A stretch of DNA of 64,000 nt. Origin: Octopus sinensis. Its lineage: Eukaryota. How positions within the stretch are numbered: position 1 is the first letter of the stretch; each line of letters opens with the position of its first letter. The stretch is from positions 16,988,001-17,052,000 of the forward strand of contig NC_043005.1 of the NCBI RefSeq assembly GCF_006345805.1, written 5' to 3'. Position numbers and translations under genes: made by a program. The notes beneath the pieces were generated by a model. That model saw only the letters and a program-made list of their open reading frames with translations, made no database searches and had not been told where the DNA came from. Below are positions 37,786-51,506 of the stretch, piece after piece.

Positions 37786-38173
37786 CGAGATCAGCAAAGG
37801 CATCCTCCTCCTGCAGGACAACGCTCCGGTCCACAGATCAGAAGCACAGGCGTGCGGCTATGAACTCCTCCCCCATCCCCCCTACTCTCCTGACCTTGCA
37901 CCCTCTGATTTTCACCTCTTCCCAGCCATGAAGTTGTTTTTGAAAGGAAGCGTTTCCCAGATGATGCAGCCTTGATTTCTGAAGTCACGTCGTGGTTGGA
38001 GGACCAAGCTGGGGTCCTCTACAAAAACGGTCTCCAGAGCTGCATCAAACGATGGGAGAAATGCGTAACTCAGGGTGGTTCCTATGTAGAAAAAGACTAA
38101 TAACTGTGCCAAGTTTCGTTGCTCTACTGCTATGGGAAGTGGGTCAGGGGCATTACTTATTGAACTCCCCTCG
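37786..38173 (+). mobile_element. Mariner remnant (transposase C-terminus plus 3' TIR)
   Basis: GILLLQDNAPVH...LLPHPPYSPDLAPSDFHLFPAMK, one frameshift, ...RWEKCVTQGGSYVEKD*; ends cttattgaactcccctcg|TA; YSPDLAPSD is the mariner signature. Confidence 0.92.
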
Positions 38174-39233
38174 TACTTGGAGTTCAAATACTGCCATGAA
38201 GTAAACTTTGCTTTTCATTCTTTTGAGGTAAATAAAATATAAATGTCAGTCATACAGTTGAGCTGATTAAATTTTCTTCTAACACAACTTATTCAACCAG
38301 GGCCGGCTCAAGGGACTAACAACTTGGGCAGTCGCCCATGGTGCCATGTGCCGAGGGGCACCAAGGCAGGCTTGACAAAGATAAGGAAATTTCCACGACC
38401 ATCAGCTTGTACATGCCGAAGTTCAGCTTGCTTAGGGCTGGTCCTGTATACAACAAGAAAAACTAAGATTCTGAGGAGAAATGATTTCTTTCTTTCAGGT
38501 TGTATGATCATTTAATGGTTTCCTTGTTGTCTTGCAGTCTTCAATGTTCATATATGTAGCAGAAGCACTGTCCCGGATATATAAGTTGTACTCCAATAGG
38601 GACCGTACTTCAGTTTCATAGAATATTAGTAACTAATCAAGACTAAAATATTTTCTGGCCTTAATGCTGGAAGCTAGCCTTTGGGACACAGATTTGCCAA
38701 TGCTATACATGTACATGGGTGGGTCCAGCAAATTTTTTTTTTTAATCACTATCTTAATTTAAAAGAACTGTAGCAAAATCAATTTCTTTTATGGTATATT
38801 GTAGTCGACTTTTATAGGCTCCACACATTAATCTTTAATGATTGGAACATTTGGTTGAGTTCTGTACTTTGATTGGCCAAGTTTTGCACTGGATATGGAT
38901 CTCAGATCCAATCATGTTGTGTGTAATACATTCGAAAATAACTAACCTGAACCATCACATGTATCTAATGACAGCCAAAGCTGAATTATCCAATTGATGG
39001 ATGAACTATACAACCATCAGAATCTGTGATGTGTTTATTTGGTCCACTGTATAAATTAGCAGAGGAATAAAGTCTCACTGTTTTTTTTTAAAGTTTGTTT
39101 CTTGTATCATTTCCATGAGTTAACACACAACACATGTTATATAATAGTATGCAAAATTCCATAGTAAACCAAGAGAGATTTACAACTGCACAGCTAAAGA
39201 ACCATGAAGAAATACTACTACTAATAATAATAA

Positions 39234-39802
39234 TAATGCCCTGTTGCAGTACCAGGCAGTGGCTCTTGTGGCTTCTGATCATAACTGATTGGAAGTGTTA
39301 TGTACATTGTTTTGTCTTGTTATAAAAGATGGGCTACAGCAAATATTCTGCTCAATACCACAGATTTGCTTGTCATTTGTTTGACCATAGACAGTTGAGC
39401 ATGTCCCTTAGTGGCTGACGATATGTGCCTCTCTGATCACGAGCAGAAGTAGTGGGGGAACATCGTAGCCATGTGTTGAAAGGAATTCTTGGAGGTTTGG
39501 ATAATTCACCTCTGGAAACATGGGTGTTTTGTTCATCATCCTTTAACAAAACTTTATTCAAGGACCTTTTGAGCAGGATGGGCTATTTGACCAGAAGAAA
39601 ATTCTAACTGGACCCCACCTGCAAGGTCATGCACTGTTTATATTGATATGAGATCACTATGTCGCACACACGTGATTGTGATGCATGTGGCTGGCGTACC
39701 CTTATCAGATGGGTAATCCTGATGGGTATACTGGGTTTTGTATATTTTACCCCAGTGTCACTTTGATGGCATGCACTGATCTCTCACTCAATAATAATAA
39801 TA

Positions 39803-39830
<28 letters not shown>
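39234..39830 (+). mobile_element. Same (AAT)n-tail element
   Basis: Starts aatgccctgttgcagtaccaggc, ends ctctcactcaataataat; flanked by (TAA)n on both sides. Confidence 0.8.
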
Positions 39831-39833
<3 letters not shown>

Positions 39834-40414
39834 TGTACTTCCCGTCGAAGACTTCGTATGAGTGTTCAGGCTTTGCCGAACAAATAATTTGTTTATAGGG
39901 ATCAAATGGTCGTGGTGCACATTAGCTCACTTTTTCCATGAGATCAACGTTTTAAACTGGTGCACTGTGCACCACGCATCAGGTATCGAAGTAATTGTAG
40001 AGCAATGTGAAATGAAGTGTTTTGTTCAAAAGTACAACACACCACCCAGTTTAGGAATTGAACTTACGATCTCACACTTGTTAGTGCAACATCCTAACCA
40101 CCAGGCCATGTGCCCTCAATGATAATAATAATAATGATGATGATAATAATAATAATAATGATAATAATAATTTTTATTTCTTTATTGTCCACAGGGGGAT
40201 AAACATAGAGGAGACAAACAAGTACAGACAAAGGGATTAAGTCAATTATATTGCCTCCAGTGCGTAACTGGTACTTATTTAATCGACCGACCCCGAAAGG
40301 ATGAAAGGCAAAGTCGACTTCAGCGGAATTTGAACTCAGAACATAACGGCAGACGAAATACCGCTAAGCATTTTGCCCCGCGTGCTAATAATAATAATAA
40401 TAATAATAATATTA

Positions 40415-41520
40415 AATAACTACTGGCTCAAGTGATTAAGGTCAACACACGAGTGAATTGCATTGCAATTAGACAACTACCTACAGATTAGTGCAGTTCC
40501 GGAATAGATTGTAGAGGGAAAAATAATATTGTTGAAAGATCGGTAAAAGGGCAATGTGATTGGCAATTACTAACCCATTGTTTGTCTTAATGTCTTATAG
40601 AAAATGTTAATAGGGCATCCTGGCAGGGAAAATATATACGTCCCTGGTGGAAAGCAATCTACTTCCAGTATAACAAAAGGCGTGCCGAAAAGGATCCAAG
40701 GGCACTAAGGACCACCTTGTGATAGACAAGAAAAACTGCAAACGGTACTAAAGAAGAAAAAAAACTGGATAGACTTTAAAACGGCTTACAACATGTGTGG
40801 AAGAGCTAAGAATGTGTGTGAACTGATTAAGAACAGCATGCCTAGTTGGAAAACACGTCATTTCTGTAACAACCAGCACTTTGTCAAGGTAACAATCAAA
40901 AGAGGTATCTTCCAGGGAGATTCTTGTTCACCTTCATCATATTTGTCATAGTTCGATCCCACTTTCCGTAGTTCTACGCAAAGTCAACGTGCATTATGAG
41001 CTGAGAAAGAATGGACCTCGTCTCAACCATCTTCTCTTCATGGATGATTTAAAACTCTTCACAAAAAAACTGAGCCTGGAATAGAGAGGCTGGTTGAGAC
41101 TGTGCAAATGTGCAGCAAGGATACAAGGATGGAATTCTGTATCTCAAAGTGTGTGGTGCTCACTTTGAAACAGGGAGAAAGAGCAGATTTTAGGGACATA
41201 GAATTGCCAAGCGGAGAGCGAATGGAAGACCTGGATGATGATAGATACAAGTACCTTGGGATTCAGGTGTTGGACAATATCCTGCCCTGATAAATGAAAG
41301 ACAAGATAACTACTGCATATTTGAAGTGCCTCAATCTTCTCTTGAAGTCAAAACTCAACACAAGGAACTTTATGACAGCTATCAACATATGGGTTGCTGC
41401 TGTAATCCATTACAGTGCACCAATTCTGAAATGGACACAAGTGGAGATTAATCAACTCGATCGCACTACCCAAAAGACAATAACAATGCATAGTACCCTC
41501 CGTCCTAAGGCGAACATATA
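40415..41520 (+). mobile_element. Decayed R4/Dong-like non-LTR retrotransposon RT fragment
   Basis: KGTKDHLVIDK, IKRGIFQGDS, RLNHLLFMDDLKLF, YKYLG, LLKSKLNTRNFMTAINIWV, interrupted by stops and frameshifts; begins right after a (TAA)n array. Confidence 0.88.
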
Positions 41521-42538
41521 AGGTAATCACTCGCCTTATAGTGGTTCACCTATCGTGCACTCTGTACATCACAAATTTTTCTGGCTAATATATGCAAATT
41601 TATATTGCGGACTCCTCGGTATATCGCGGGTTTCTGCAGCTGATAGGTATTTCTACTGTAATAGTAAATAGTACATATGTCATGCAACATAATAACTTTG
41701 ACTTGCACGGTTGCTCCCACAACCATGTTGCACACACATGGTTGTGATGCATGTATCTGGTATACCCTTATCAGACAGGTAGTAATGATGAGTAATGTAC
41801 CCCAGTGTCACTTTGATGGCATGCTCTGCTTTCTCACTCTATAAAAACCCTATGGGCACAAGACCTGAAATTTTGGGGCAAGGATTACATCGACTCCAGC
41901 GTTTCACTGTTACTTTATTTATCGGTCCCGAAAAGATAAAAAGAAAAAATCGTCCGGGGGCATTTGAACTCAGAACGGGAAATCAGACGAAATAACGTTA
42001 TGCATTTTGCCCGTCGTGCTAACAATTCTGCAACAACAAAAACAACAACAACAACGACGACGACGACGACGACAACAGAACTATGAAGAAATAATAGATC
42101 AGAGGGGATTTATTATTATCATAGTATAATACCGGCAATCCATTTTAATATAGGCACAATGCTTGAAATTTTGTAGGAGGGCTAAGTTGCTTTTATTGAT
42201 CCCGCTAGTTGGCGGATACTTATTTTATCGACCCCGAAAGGATGAAAGGCAAAATCGACCTCGACGAGAACTGAACCCAGAACGTAAAGGCAGACGGAAT
42301 ACCGCTAATCATTTTGTCCGGAGTGCTGACGATTCTGCCAGCTCGTCAATAATAGTATCTATGCAGGGGTTTAAATGTTTCCGTTCCTTGACAATAAATA
42401 AATGAATGAATCTCGAAGGGAAGTAACTCGCTGTAAGCCACTAGAATTATCTTTCCTTTGTTTTTACTCCCACACTGTCAGTTCAGTTCCTGACAAGCGC
42501 ATGGGACAGAGGAACAGGTTATTGTTTTGGTTTTAACG

Positions 42539-42990
42539 ATGTCTTACTTGTTCTACCTTTCGTTACTGCTGTACACTAGCGTAATATTTGCACAGGTAGA
42601 ACAACAACCATCGGCAGATACAGAGACAGAAGTAGAAAAAGATCTCACAAAAGAGCCGGGACATCTGAAGAAATTTGGAAGTGGAAGACCCACCTATCTT
42701 ATTGATGAAATTGACGGTTTTCCGGACGTTGAAACATTCTTCTCTAAGTACGTATTCGGATCACGTCCTCTGAAAATGAAAGGAGCCGCCCATTGGTCAC
42801 CTGCTTATCATTTGTGGACAGATAAATATTTCCTGTCTCTGGACATCGACCCAAATTCCACGGTTTTGGTGGAGGAACACAAAAAAGAGAACCGCACTCT
42901 ACCGGTGAAATGGATGCATTTTCAGAAGTTTGTACAGATCTATAATGACTCGAATATATATATGGTTCAAGATGTCCCACCTTATCTCAA
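42539..42990 (+). CDS. JmjC (cupin-8) 2OG/Fe(II) oxygenase with signal peptide, exon 1
   Basis: ATG 42539; hydrophobic leader MSYLFYLSLLLYTSVIFA; FFSKYVFGSRPLKMKGAAHWSPAYHLWTDKYF is typical of the cupin-8/JmjC N-terminus; AA|gtaagt donor, phase 2. Confidence 0.9.
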
Positions 42991-45077
42991 GTAAGTGTGA
43001 ATAACAGATCTCTTTAGCAATTCATTGAATCTTCACACGCAGAACATATGCCCCTGTTTTGTTGTTATTTATTGTTATTGTTTAGACCCCCGCCTAGACT
43101 TGATCAAGGAAGTTCTTGTTCAAAGGCATTCCAGCCGTAACTATCACGTCTTTATTATGTATTTTCCAGACATAGTATATCTAAGATTTCATTTTCCATT
43201 TTTTGTTAAGACGGTAGATTGTGACGTAGAGGAAACTTGGCTGCTATTTCTGAAAGCCTAAGCGACTACGTGGAGATTCTCATTTTTGTTATAAAGTATA
43301 AGAAAGTAGCAGAGTGGATCAAGCTGTCGATGGTTGAAAGAAATGTCTTCCTCTTTTTAGTTTCCCATTCTACATTTCTTATCCCATCAAAGCTTGAAGA
43401 CGGTTACCTTTTAATCAAGTTAGGGTTCCCTGCAGATAAGTACCAGTCATTAATTGGTATCAGATCAATCGACTGTACTTCACCTCGTGTCTTGTAAACG
43501 GGCCAGAGAAAGAAATCAAGCTTAATTTACTTCTATTGAATGTAAAGTGCTATTATTCTTTGTGTTTTAGCGTTAGAATATCAGACAAAAGTGTCTTGTG
43601 GTATATCTTTCTGCTCTTTGCCTCCTGAGTTCAAATCGCCCCAAAGCCAACTTTTTCTTTCTTCTCTTCTGGGTCCATAGAATAATGTAACGGTTAAGTA
43701 CTGGGGTCGAATTTGCTTAACTCTTTCACAATCCGATTATTCTGTCAAATGTAATATTTATTTACTCACATTCTTTTGAATTAATCATGCGTTATCTTGT
43801 GGCTTCAAAATATCAGTGCTGTGTTTGTTTACTTTTAGTATGCCAATGTAGGATAGGTGTAAGAGACCGGGTTTGGCCAGTTTGAGCAATAAACAAGTAG
43901 AATATTTTGGCTGGATATTGCCGATTTAAATGCTAAAGGGCTAAGGAATACAAAATACTTATTAAAAAGAAGAGCAACCCTTAACACTCCCGAAGACATT
44001 GTGTAGGACACTAAAAAGAAAAAAAACTATAATCTGCAAAACAGTAAGATTCAAAAATTGCAAAGTTGAATGAGCAACACACACTAGTGTAGCTGGAGGG
44101 TGGGGGGCACCCCAGGCAGCACTTTTGGGTCTGCTGTAGGCAATATGTGTTTCTTGTGGGGTTTAGGGATGGCGAATGGAAGGGCCGCCCTGGGTGGTAC
44201 ACACTCTAGCTATGCTAGTGGTAACACAACCACAGATTGAAATATAATTACATCCAGTGTGGGGCATTAAACCTACATTACAAGAGGGAAAAGATATGGT
44301 ACTGCAGAGGTGAGATTTGCCACAGAAGAGGAAGCAAAGAAGCACTCCACTTTGACCCTAAAAAACGAAGACCTCTTTTTATTATCGATATGCTTGGGTC
44401 ATTGAGTGGCAAAAATAAAAATTGCAGGTATACCACCAGAAATAGATATCTGCTGGTTGGTGGCAGCTGTCATCCTGCTCGTAGAGGACAAAATGAGCAT
44501 CTTGAAAGCATGGAAACTGCACAAACAAAACTGATTGGGGCAAGGGTTAGTTGTGGGTGCAGATGGATAGCCAAAGTCTGGAAGCAATTCTAGATATCAT
44601 AAATTTACCTGAGGGTACCAACTTCCACATGGCTGTTGAGTGTAGAAAGCCAAGGTGTCACCTATGTGGGGACACAAATCATCTAAAGGCCTTCTCCTCT
44701 CAACAAAAGAGAGAAGGGAGCCTCTAATTTTTGTCAGCACCACCACTACCACCACAGCAACAACAACAACACCAACAGAGGCAGGTGACCATCATGGTTG
44801 CAAAAACAATAGTAACAGTGGCAACAACACCAATTATAGCAGCAGCAAAAACAACAGCATCAAAACCCCACCGAAACATTGACAACTTTATCAAGAGAAA
44901 AACAGCAAAAGAAATCCACCCAGGCATGCCCTGCATGGAGAGGATAGCAAAAAGCCTAAATAAAAAACAGTCACCAGGATAAACAAAAGAAAAAGAAGCA
45001 AAAACAAAGACACACTGGCACCAACACTAAAATTTGGCAGGTGTGGGGACACCTTTAAAACAAACACACAAATACCT

Positions 45078-45295
45078 ATTTCTTTACTACCCACAAGGGG
45101 CCAAACACAGAGAGGACAGACACACGGATTAAGTCGATTATATTGACCCCAGTGCGTAACTGGTACTTATTTAATCGACCCGAAAGGATGAAAGGCAAAG
45201 TCAACCTCGGCGGAATTTGAACTCAGAACATAACGGCAGGCGAAATACGGCTACGCATTTCGCCCAGCGTGATAACGATTCTGCCAGCTCGCCAC
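45078..45295 (-). mobile_element. SINE family B with 17-bp TSD
   Basis: TSD caaacacacaaatacct at 45061-45077 and 45296-45312. Confidence 0.9.
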
Positions 45296-46379
45296 CAAAC
45301 ACACAAATACCTCCCCCAGCAGCAGCCATACTGTACTGCCAACAACACATCACTATCTCCATCACTATCATCACCATTACAAGCATAACCCAATTCACAC
45401 ACACTTCTCAGATCCAGTGGTGGCTTGTAGATAAAATTATTGGGGGTGCTGCTTCATAAAATTTTTAGCACCATCTGAACATTGCCAATGCCAGTGCTGC
45501 CTGACTGGCTCCCATGCCGGTGGCACCAGCACACCAGGGTTGGCACTGCATGAACGACAGTGCTCTCTCTCCCTAGCATGCAGCTTCCTATCTTGGACAT
45601 GTGATCATGTGCACAACAGCCAAACACTGCATTGCTGGAACTGTGAAGTGCACAGTTCTATACAAGGATTTTTGTATTTTTTTTCATAAACTAAGGAACG
45701 GCTACTGACATTAAACTTAAGGATTATATAACGGACAAGTATAAAGAAAGAATTAAAGAAAAGAGGACTCGTTATATATTGAATGCTATCGATAATATTG
45801 AGTGGAAATAGGAGGGGGGGCTGCAGTTCTGCAGTGCCTATACACGAGCTGCCACCGTTCAGATCATACATCTCAACACCAGCAAAATTCAAACATTAAT
45901 TGCCCTTAGTGTTCAGGGAGATCGTGGATGGTGAAGTTCTTCGATTATCCCTGGAGGTCTTCCTGTGCCAGGAGGACAGCATCACTATCATCCCCACCAC
46001 TTTTATTTTATTTTTACTATTGTATATTGTGTGTGCCTTTTATACTGTTATATATATATATATTTTTTTTCTCTCATCACACTCATTGTCTATCTTTGTA
46101 TTGTCCTCCTTATCCTTTGCCCTGGTGGCAAATAAAAGAAATTATTATTATTATTATTATTATGGTAGTGAGTTGGCAGAGTCGTTAGCATGCCAGGCAA
46201 AATGCTTGGCGGCATTTTGTCCGTCTTTATGTTTTGAGTTCAAATTCTGCTGAGGTTGACTTTGCCTTTCATCCTTTTGGGTTCGATAAAATAAAGTAAC
46301 AGTCAAGCACGGGAACTGATGAAATTGACTTGCCCCACTCCTAAAGAACTGCTGATGTAGTGCCAAAATTTGAAGCCTT

Positions 46380-46436
46380 TACTATTATTATTATTATTAT
46401 TATTATCATTATTATTTGACAATAATGATAATGATG

Positions 46437-46468
<32 letters not shown>

Positions 46469-46604
46469 CATCATCGTTTAAATTCCGCTTTCCGTCCAAC
46501 CCATGCTAGCATGGAAAGCGGACGTTAAACAATGATGATGATGATGATGATTATTATTATTATTATTATCATTATTGTCATTATCATCATCATTATTATT
46601 ATTA

Positions 46605-46640
<36 letters not shown>

Positions 46641-46850
46641 CATCATCATCATTGTTAGCATTATTATTATTATCATTATTATCATTCTCATTATTATTAT
46701 TATTATATCGACTTAATCCCTTTGTCCATCCTGGTTTGTCTCGTCTATGTTTAGCTCCCGGTGGACAATAAAGAAATTATCATCATCATCATCGTTGTTG
46801 TTGTTGTTGTTGTTGTTATTATTATTTGTTGTAGTAGTAGTAGCAGTAGT
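46380..46850. repeat. Compound (ATT)/(AAT)/(CAT)/(GTT) microsatellite field
   Basis: Direct inspection. Confidence 0.9.
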
Positions 46851-46908
46851 CTTTTGACATCATTTTATTGCATTCTGAAGATTTCACAAATTCATTCTCC
46901 TCTTTTAG

Positions 46909-46975
46909 ACAAGATGTGATTCTTCCTTGTTGTATTCAGTGTCCTGAATTATTTGAAGAAGGGTTTGCAACCACC
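46909..46975 (+). CDS. JmjC protein exon 2
   Basis: cttttag/gtaagt; (K)QDVILPCCIQCPELFEEGFATT; phase 2-0. Confidence 0.87.
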
Positions 46976-48989
46976 GTAAGTATTTACACCTCATGCCCCT
47001 CTTTCCCCCCCTCTCTCTCTGTAACTTTGTCTGTCTTCCTCACTCTCTCTCTCTCTCTCTCTCTCTGTCATTGCCCATACTCTCCATCTTCCCTCTCACT
47101 ATCTCTGGGTTTCTCAAGGCATTCATACAAAATGTATGCATGTCTTGGCTTTCTGAATATTGTTCCAATTTAGTTTACCTTCACAGTCTACTGACATGGA
47201 AAACCTATGTGGTCGCTAGACTTGCTAGAAACAACAACCAAAATTTCACTCAAGTCAAACCGTCATAAATAAGGGAAGGATACATTCAACAATGATGTTC
47301 TATATACTTTTCCTTATATTTGTTTCAGTCATTTGATTGTGGCCTTGCTGGAGCACCGCCTTTAGTCGAGCAAATTGACCCTAGGACTTATTCTTTGTAA
47401 GCCTAGTACTTATTCTATCGGTCTCTTTTGCCAAGCTGCTAAGTTACAGAGATGTAAACACACCAGCATCGGTTGTCAAACGATGTTGGCAGGGACAAAC
47501 AGACACACAAACACACACACACACACACACATATACATACATACATATATATACATACAATGGGCTTCTTTCAGTTTCTGTCTACCAAATCCACTCGCAA
47601 GGCTTTGGTTGGCCTGAGGCTATAGTAGAAGACACTTGTCCAACGTGGCACACAGTGGGACTGAACCTGGAACCATGTGATTGGTAAGCATATTAGAAAT
47701 AGCAACCAAATTCCTTAAAGCAGTATTCAAGGCAGCAAGCTGGCAGAAACGTTAGCACGCTGGGCGAAATGCTTAGCAGTATTTCGTCTGCCGCTAGGTT
47801 CTGAGTTCAAATTCCGCCGAGGTTGACTTTGCCTTTCATCCTTTCAGAGTTGGTAAATTTAATACCAGTTGTGTACTGGGGTCGATCTAATCAATTGCCC
47901 CCACCCCCAAAATTTTGGGCTTTGTGCCTAGAGTAGAAAAGAATTCTACGGTTGGAGGCCCTTCCTGCAACCGACTTTTACTTGTTTTTTAAGTAAAGTA
48001 CTTAATTCCAGTGGTCTTTCATGCCTCAAACTGGAAGACTACATAAAATAACATCAACACTGCCCATGTAGTATTAATGCAAATGCACACACACACACAC
48101 ATACACTATCACACACATATACACACACTCACACTCACACATATATGCATACACACTCACACACACACAAACATGCACACATACACAAACATGCACACAC
48201 ACACTCTCACACACTCATACACACACAAACATATATACACACACACTCTCACATACAAACACATTCTCACGCACACACACATGCACTCACACAGACAAAC
48301 ACGTACTGCTGTACAATTATACACAAATACCTATAAATCATCATATTTGTGTATAATTCACTTGTGTTGTATGTGTCTGTATGTTTGTATATACATATAT
48401 ACATTATTATACATATAGGCACAAGAGTGACTGTGTGATAAGAAGCTTGCTTCCCAACCACACGGTTCTGGGTTCAATCCCACTGCATGGCACCTTGTCC
48501 AAAACCTTGTGAGTGGATTTGGTAGACAGAAACTGAAGGAAGCCCTTCATATATATATAGATATATGTATTTGTGTGTCTGTGTTTGTCGCCGCACCATT
48601 GCTTGACAACTGATGCTGGTGTGTTTACATCCCCGTAACTTAGCAGTTCGGCAAATGAGACACAAGTAAAAGAATATATACATTATTTCATTCAATGTTT
48701 TGTAAATTATATCATAGTTCTTAGATTCTGTCAATTTACTACTATACAAGTCTAACACTTCATGATTTACTACCTCCCAGTATCACTTTGTTCTGATAAG
48801 TATATTGACATGTAATCTTACTGCTAGACATGACAGTCAATTTTGCATCAATGGGCCTCTGTCCAGAATTTATATTCTAATTTCTAATTCTTTACATATT
48901 ATCTCTTTATTTCTCTTTTATTTTTATTTTCCCTATTTAAAAAAAAAAAAATCTTCAACCTATATGAGAGCAGAATTGAATTTTGTAGT

Positions 48990-49085
48990 TCATATTCCAA
49001 AAGAGCTTCCTGATGAGATAGTTCTTACAAATTATGTAATGATTGTGTTACGTAAGAATTATTGAAACAGCCGTGGGAATGAATA
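48990..49085 (+). ncRNA. Degenerate hammerhead ribozyme motif, extended stem II
   Basis: CUGAUGA 49010-49016; 12-bp stem II 49017-49028/49052-49063; GAAA 49064-49067; C-AGCC-G; triplet GUG instead of GUH. Confidence 0.6.
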
Positions 49086-49516
49086 ATTTGAAATATCATG
49101 GATAATGCTTTCCATCTTTCTCTCAAATGTGTTTTGTTCTGTTCATGTATTATAGTCTGTTTCTCAGTATGTAATTTTAGGAGTTTAACATGATACTATA
49201 GTGTGCTCTGATATAGCTGGTTACTTGTTGTGCATACACAGCACGTTATCTGTATGCATTTGTGTATCATGATAAAATGCTCATGGTACTCTCTGTAATA
49301 CAGTCAGCTGCAGAAAGGGCATCCAATCATGCAAATTGAAGCCATACAAATAGAAAATGGTCACTTATTATGTGCAATGTGGTCCCTGACCCATTCTGGG
49401 AGGGCAATACCTCCAAATTATATCTGATTCAGTGATGAATCATCCAACCCATGCCACCATGAAAAACACAGACATAAAAATGATGATATATATATACAGA
49501 CACATACAGAGACTCA

Positions 49517-49705
<189 letters not shown>

Positions 49706-50967
49706 ACATATGTAATGTAAACACACACACACATATAGGTGCATGCATGGTTGTGTGGTTAAGAAGTTTACTTCCCAACCACAAGGTTTTGGGTTCAGTT
49801 CCCCTGCATAGCACCTTGGGCAAGCGTCTTCTAATATCACCCTGAACTGACCAAAGCACTATGAGGTGTCTGATTGATGGAAACTGAAAGATGCCCATCT
49901 TATACAACCATCTGTACACACACACACACCACACACACACAAACACACACACAATAGCTTAACTGGCCAAAACTTCGAAGTCACTATCAATTCTATTCTT
50001 GTTAAGAATATATTCAAAATATATTTGAACCCTACAAAAATATGGAATAGCCTTTCAGATTAATGCAGAATTGTTTTTATTATAGCTAAGCATTAACACA
50101 AGCATAATACACACACACACGTACAGAGAGAGAGCGAGAAAGAGAGATCTTATCCTACAGAGATCTGCTTTGGTTACGTATAAAGGAATGGTTCTGGAGA
50201 AATATGGTTTGTGACTAAATTGAAGAATCATTTCAGTGTAGAATAATAAAGAATTGAAGAAGAATCATGTTTATTTGTTAAGTCTGTAATTGTTATTTCT
50301 CCCTGAAGTGAACCCTTTAGCATTCCAATCGGTCATATCCGGCCCAAATATTCTACCTGTTTTATATTCAAAATGACCAGATCCAGCCTCTCACTCCTAC
50401 CTTACGATGCATTTCTAAAAATAAGCAATCACATCATTAAAATCTCAAAGCTATGAGATAACGCATGATTAAATCAAAACAATGTGAATAAATAGGTGCA
50501 GGAGTGGCTGTGTGGTAAGTAGCTTGCTAACCAACCACATGGTTCCGGGTTCAGTCCCACTGCGCGGCATCTTGGGCAAGTGTCTTCTGCTATAGCCCCA
50601 GGCCTTGTGAGTGGATTTGGTAGACGGAAACTGAAAGAAGCCTGTCGTATATATGTATATATATATGTGTGTGTTTGTGTTTGTCCCCCTAGCATTGCTT
50701 GACAACCGATGCTGGTGTGTTTACGTCCCCGTCACTTAGCGGTTCGGCAAAAGAGACCGATAGAATAAGTACTGGGCTAACAAAGAATAAGTCCCTGGGT
50801 CGATTTGCTCGACTAAAGGCAGTGCTCCAGCATGGCCGCAGTCAAATGACTGAAACAAGTAAAAGAGTAAAGAGTAAATAAGCTTTACATTTGACAGAGG
50901 AATTTGAATGCTGGAGGGTTAAAGAATTTCACGATTGTATTAAGAACATCTCTCTTCTTTTCTATAG

Positions 50968-51090
50968 GTTATGTGGTTCAGTAGTGGTGGAACAAAGTCG
51001 GTCATCCACACAGACAATCTGGACAACATCAACTGCTTGTTTCGTGGAGATAAAGAAATAGTCTTTGTTGACCCCAAGTATCAGGATAAG
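50968..51090 (+). CDS. JmjC protein exon 3 (HxD motif)
   Basis: ttctatag/gtgaga; VMWFSSGGTKSVIHTDNLDNINCLFRGDKEIVFVDPKYQDK, with the H-T-D iron ligands and a 2OG-binding Lys; phase 0-0; absent from the ORF track because it is short. Confidence 0.93.
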
Positions 51091-51460
51091 GTGAGAACAA
51101 CTAATGCAAAGCTTGATTAGCAATGACCAAGGTGTGCCACAACACACTCTGGTCTTTATATGTTGCTCTTGTCTTGGTGCCACTCGCATTCACCTTTTAG
51201 TCTTTCTGTAAAGTTTCCAAGCTGATGAGTTTAATGTCTGAAGTTAGGGTGACAGCTCCTACCATATATATATATTAGCAACAGAGACAGTATTAATGTC
51301 AAGAAGTAATATCTATTCCCAATTAATTCCTATTGGAACAAACTTTACTGTGGTAGACATCATGAGAGAAACTCAAATATTGGATTTTGGTGCAGAATGC
51401 ATGCTTGTTTGTTTATGCCACCAGCAGTGAGATAATTCCCCACCAATTCCAGCACTGAGA

Positions 51461-51506
51461 CCAACAGATCTATAATTTCAATCTTCTTTGATCTCATCAG
51501 TGAAGT
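51461..51506 (-). ncRNA. Degenerate minimal hammerhead motif
   Basis: Minus strand CUGAUGA-GAUC-AAAGAA-GAUU-GAAA-UUAUAGA-UC; 4-bp stem II, weak stems I and III; lies in an AT-rich segment beginning at a (TA)n run. Confidence 0.5.

Noticed and set aside
48077-48418. His/Thr-rich, Ile/Tyr-rich and similar low-complexity ORFs throughout the ORF track
   Set aside because: Translations of CA, TA and ATT microsatellites or SINE bodies
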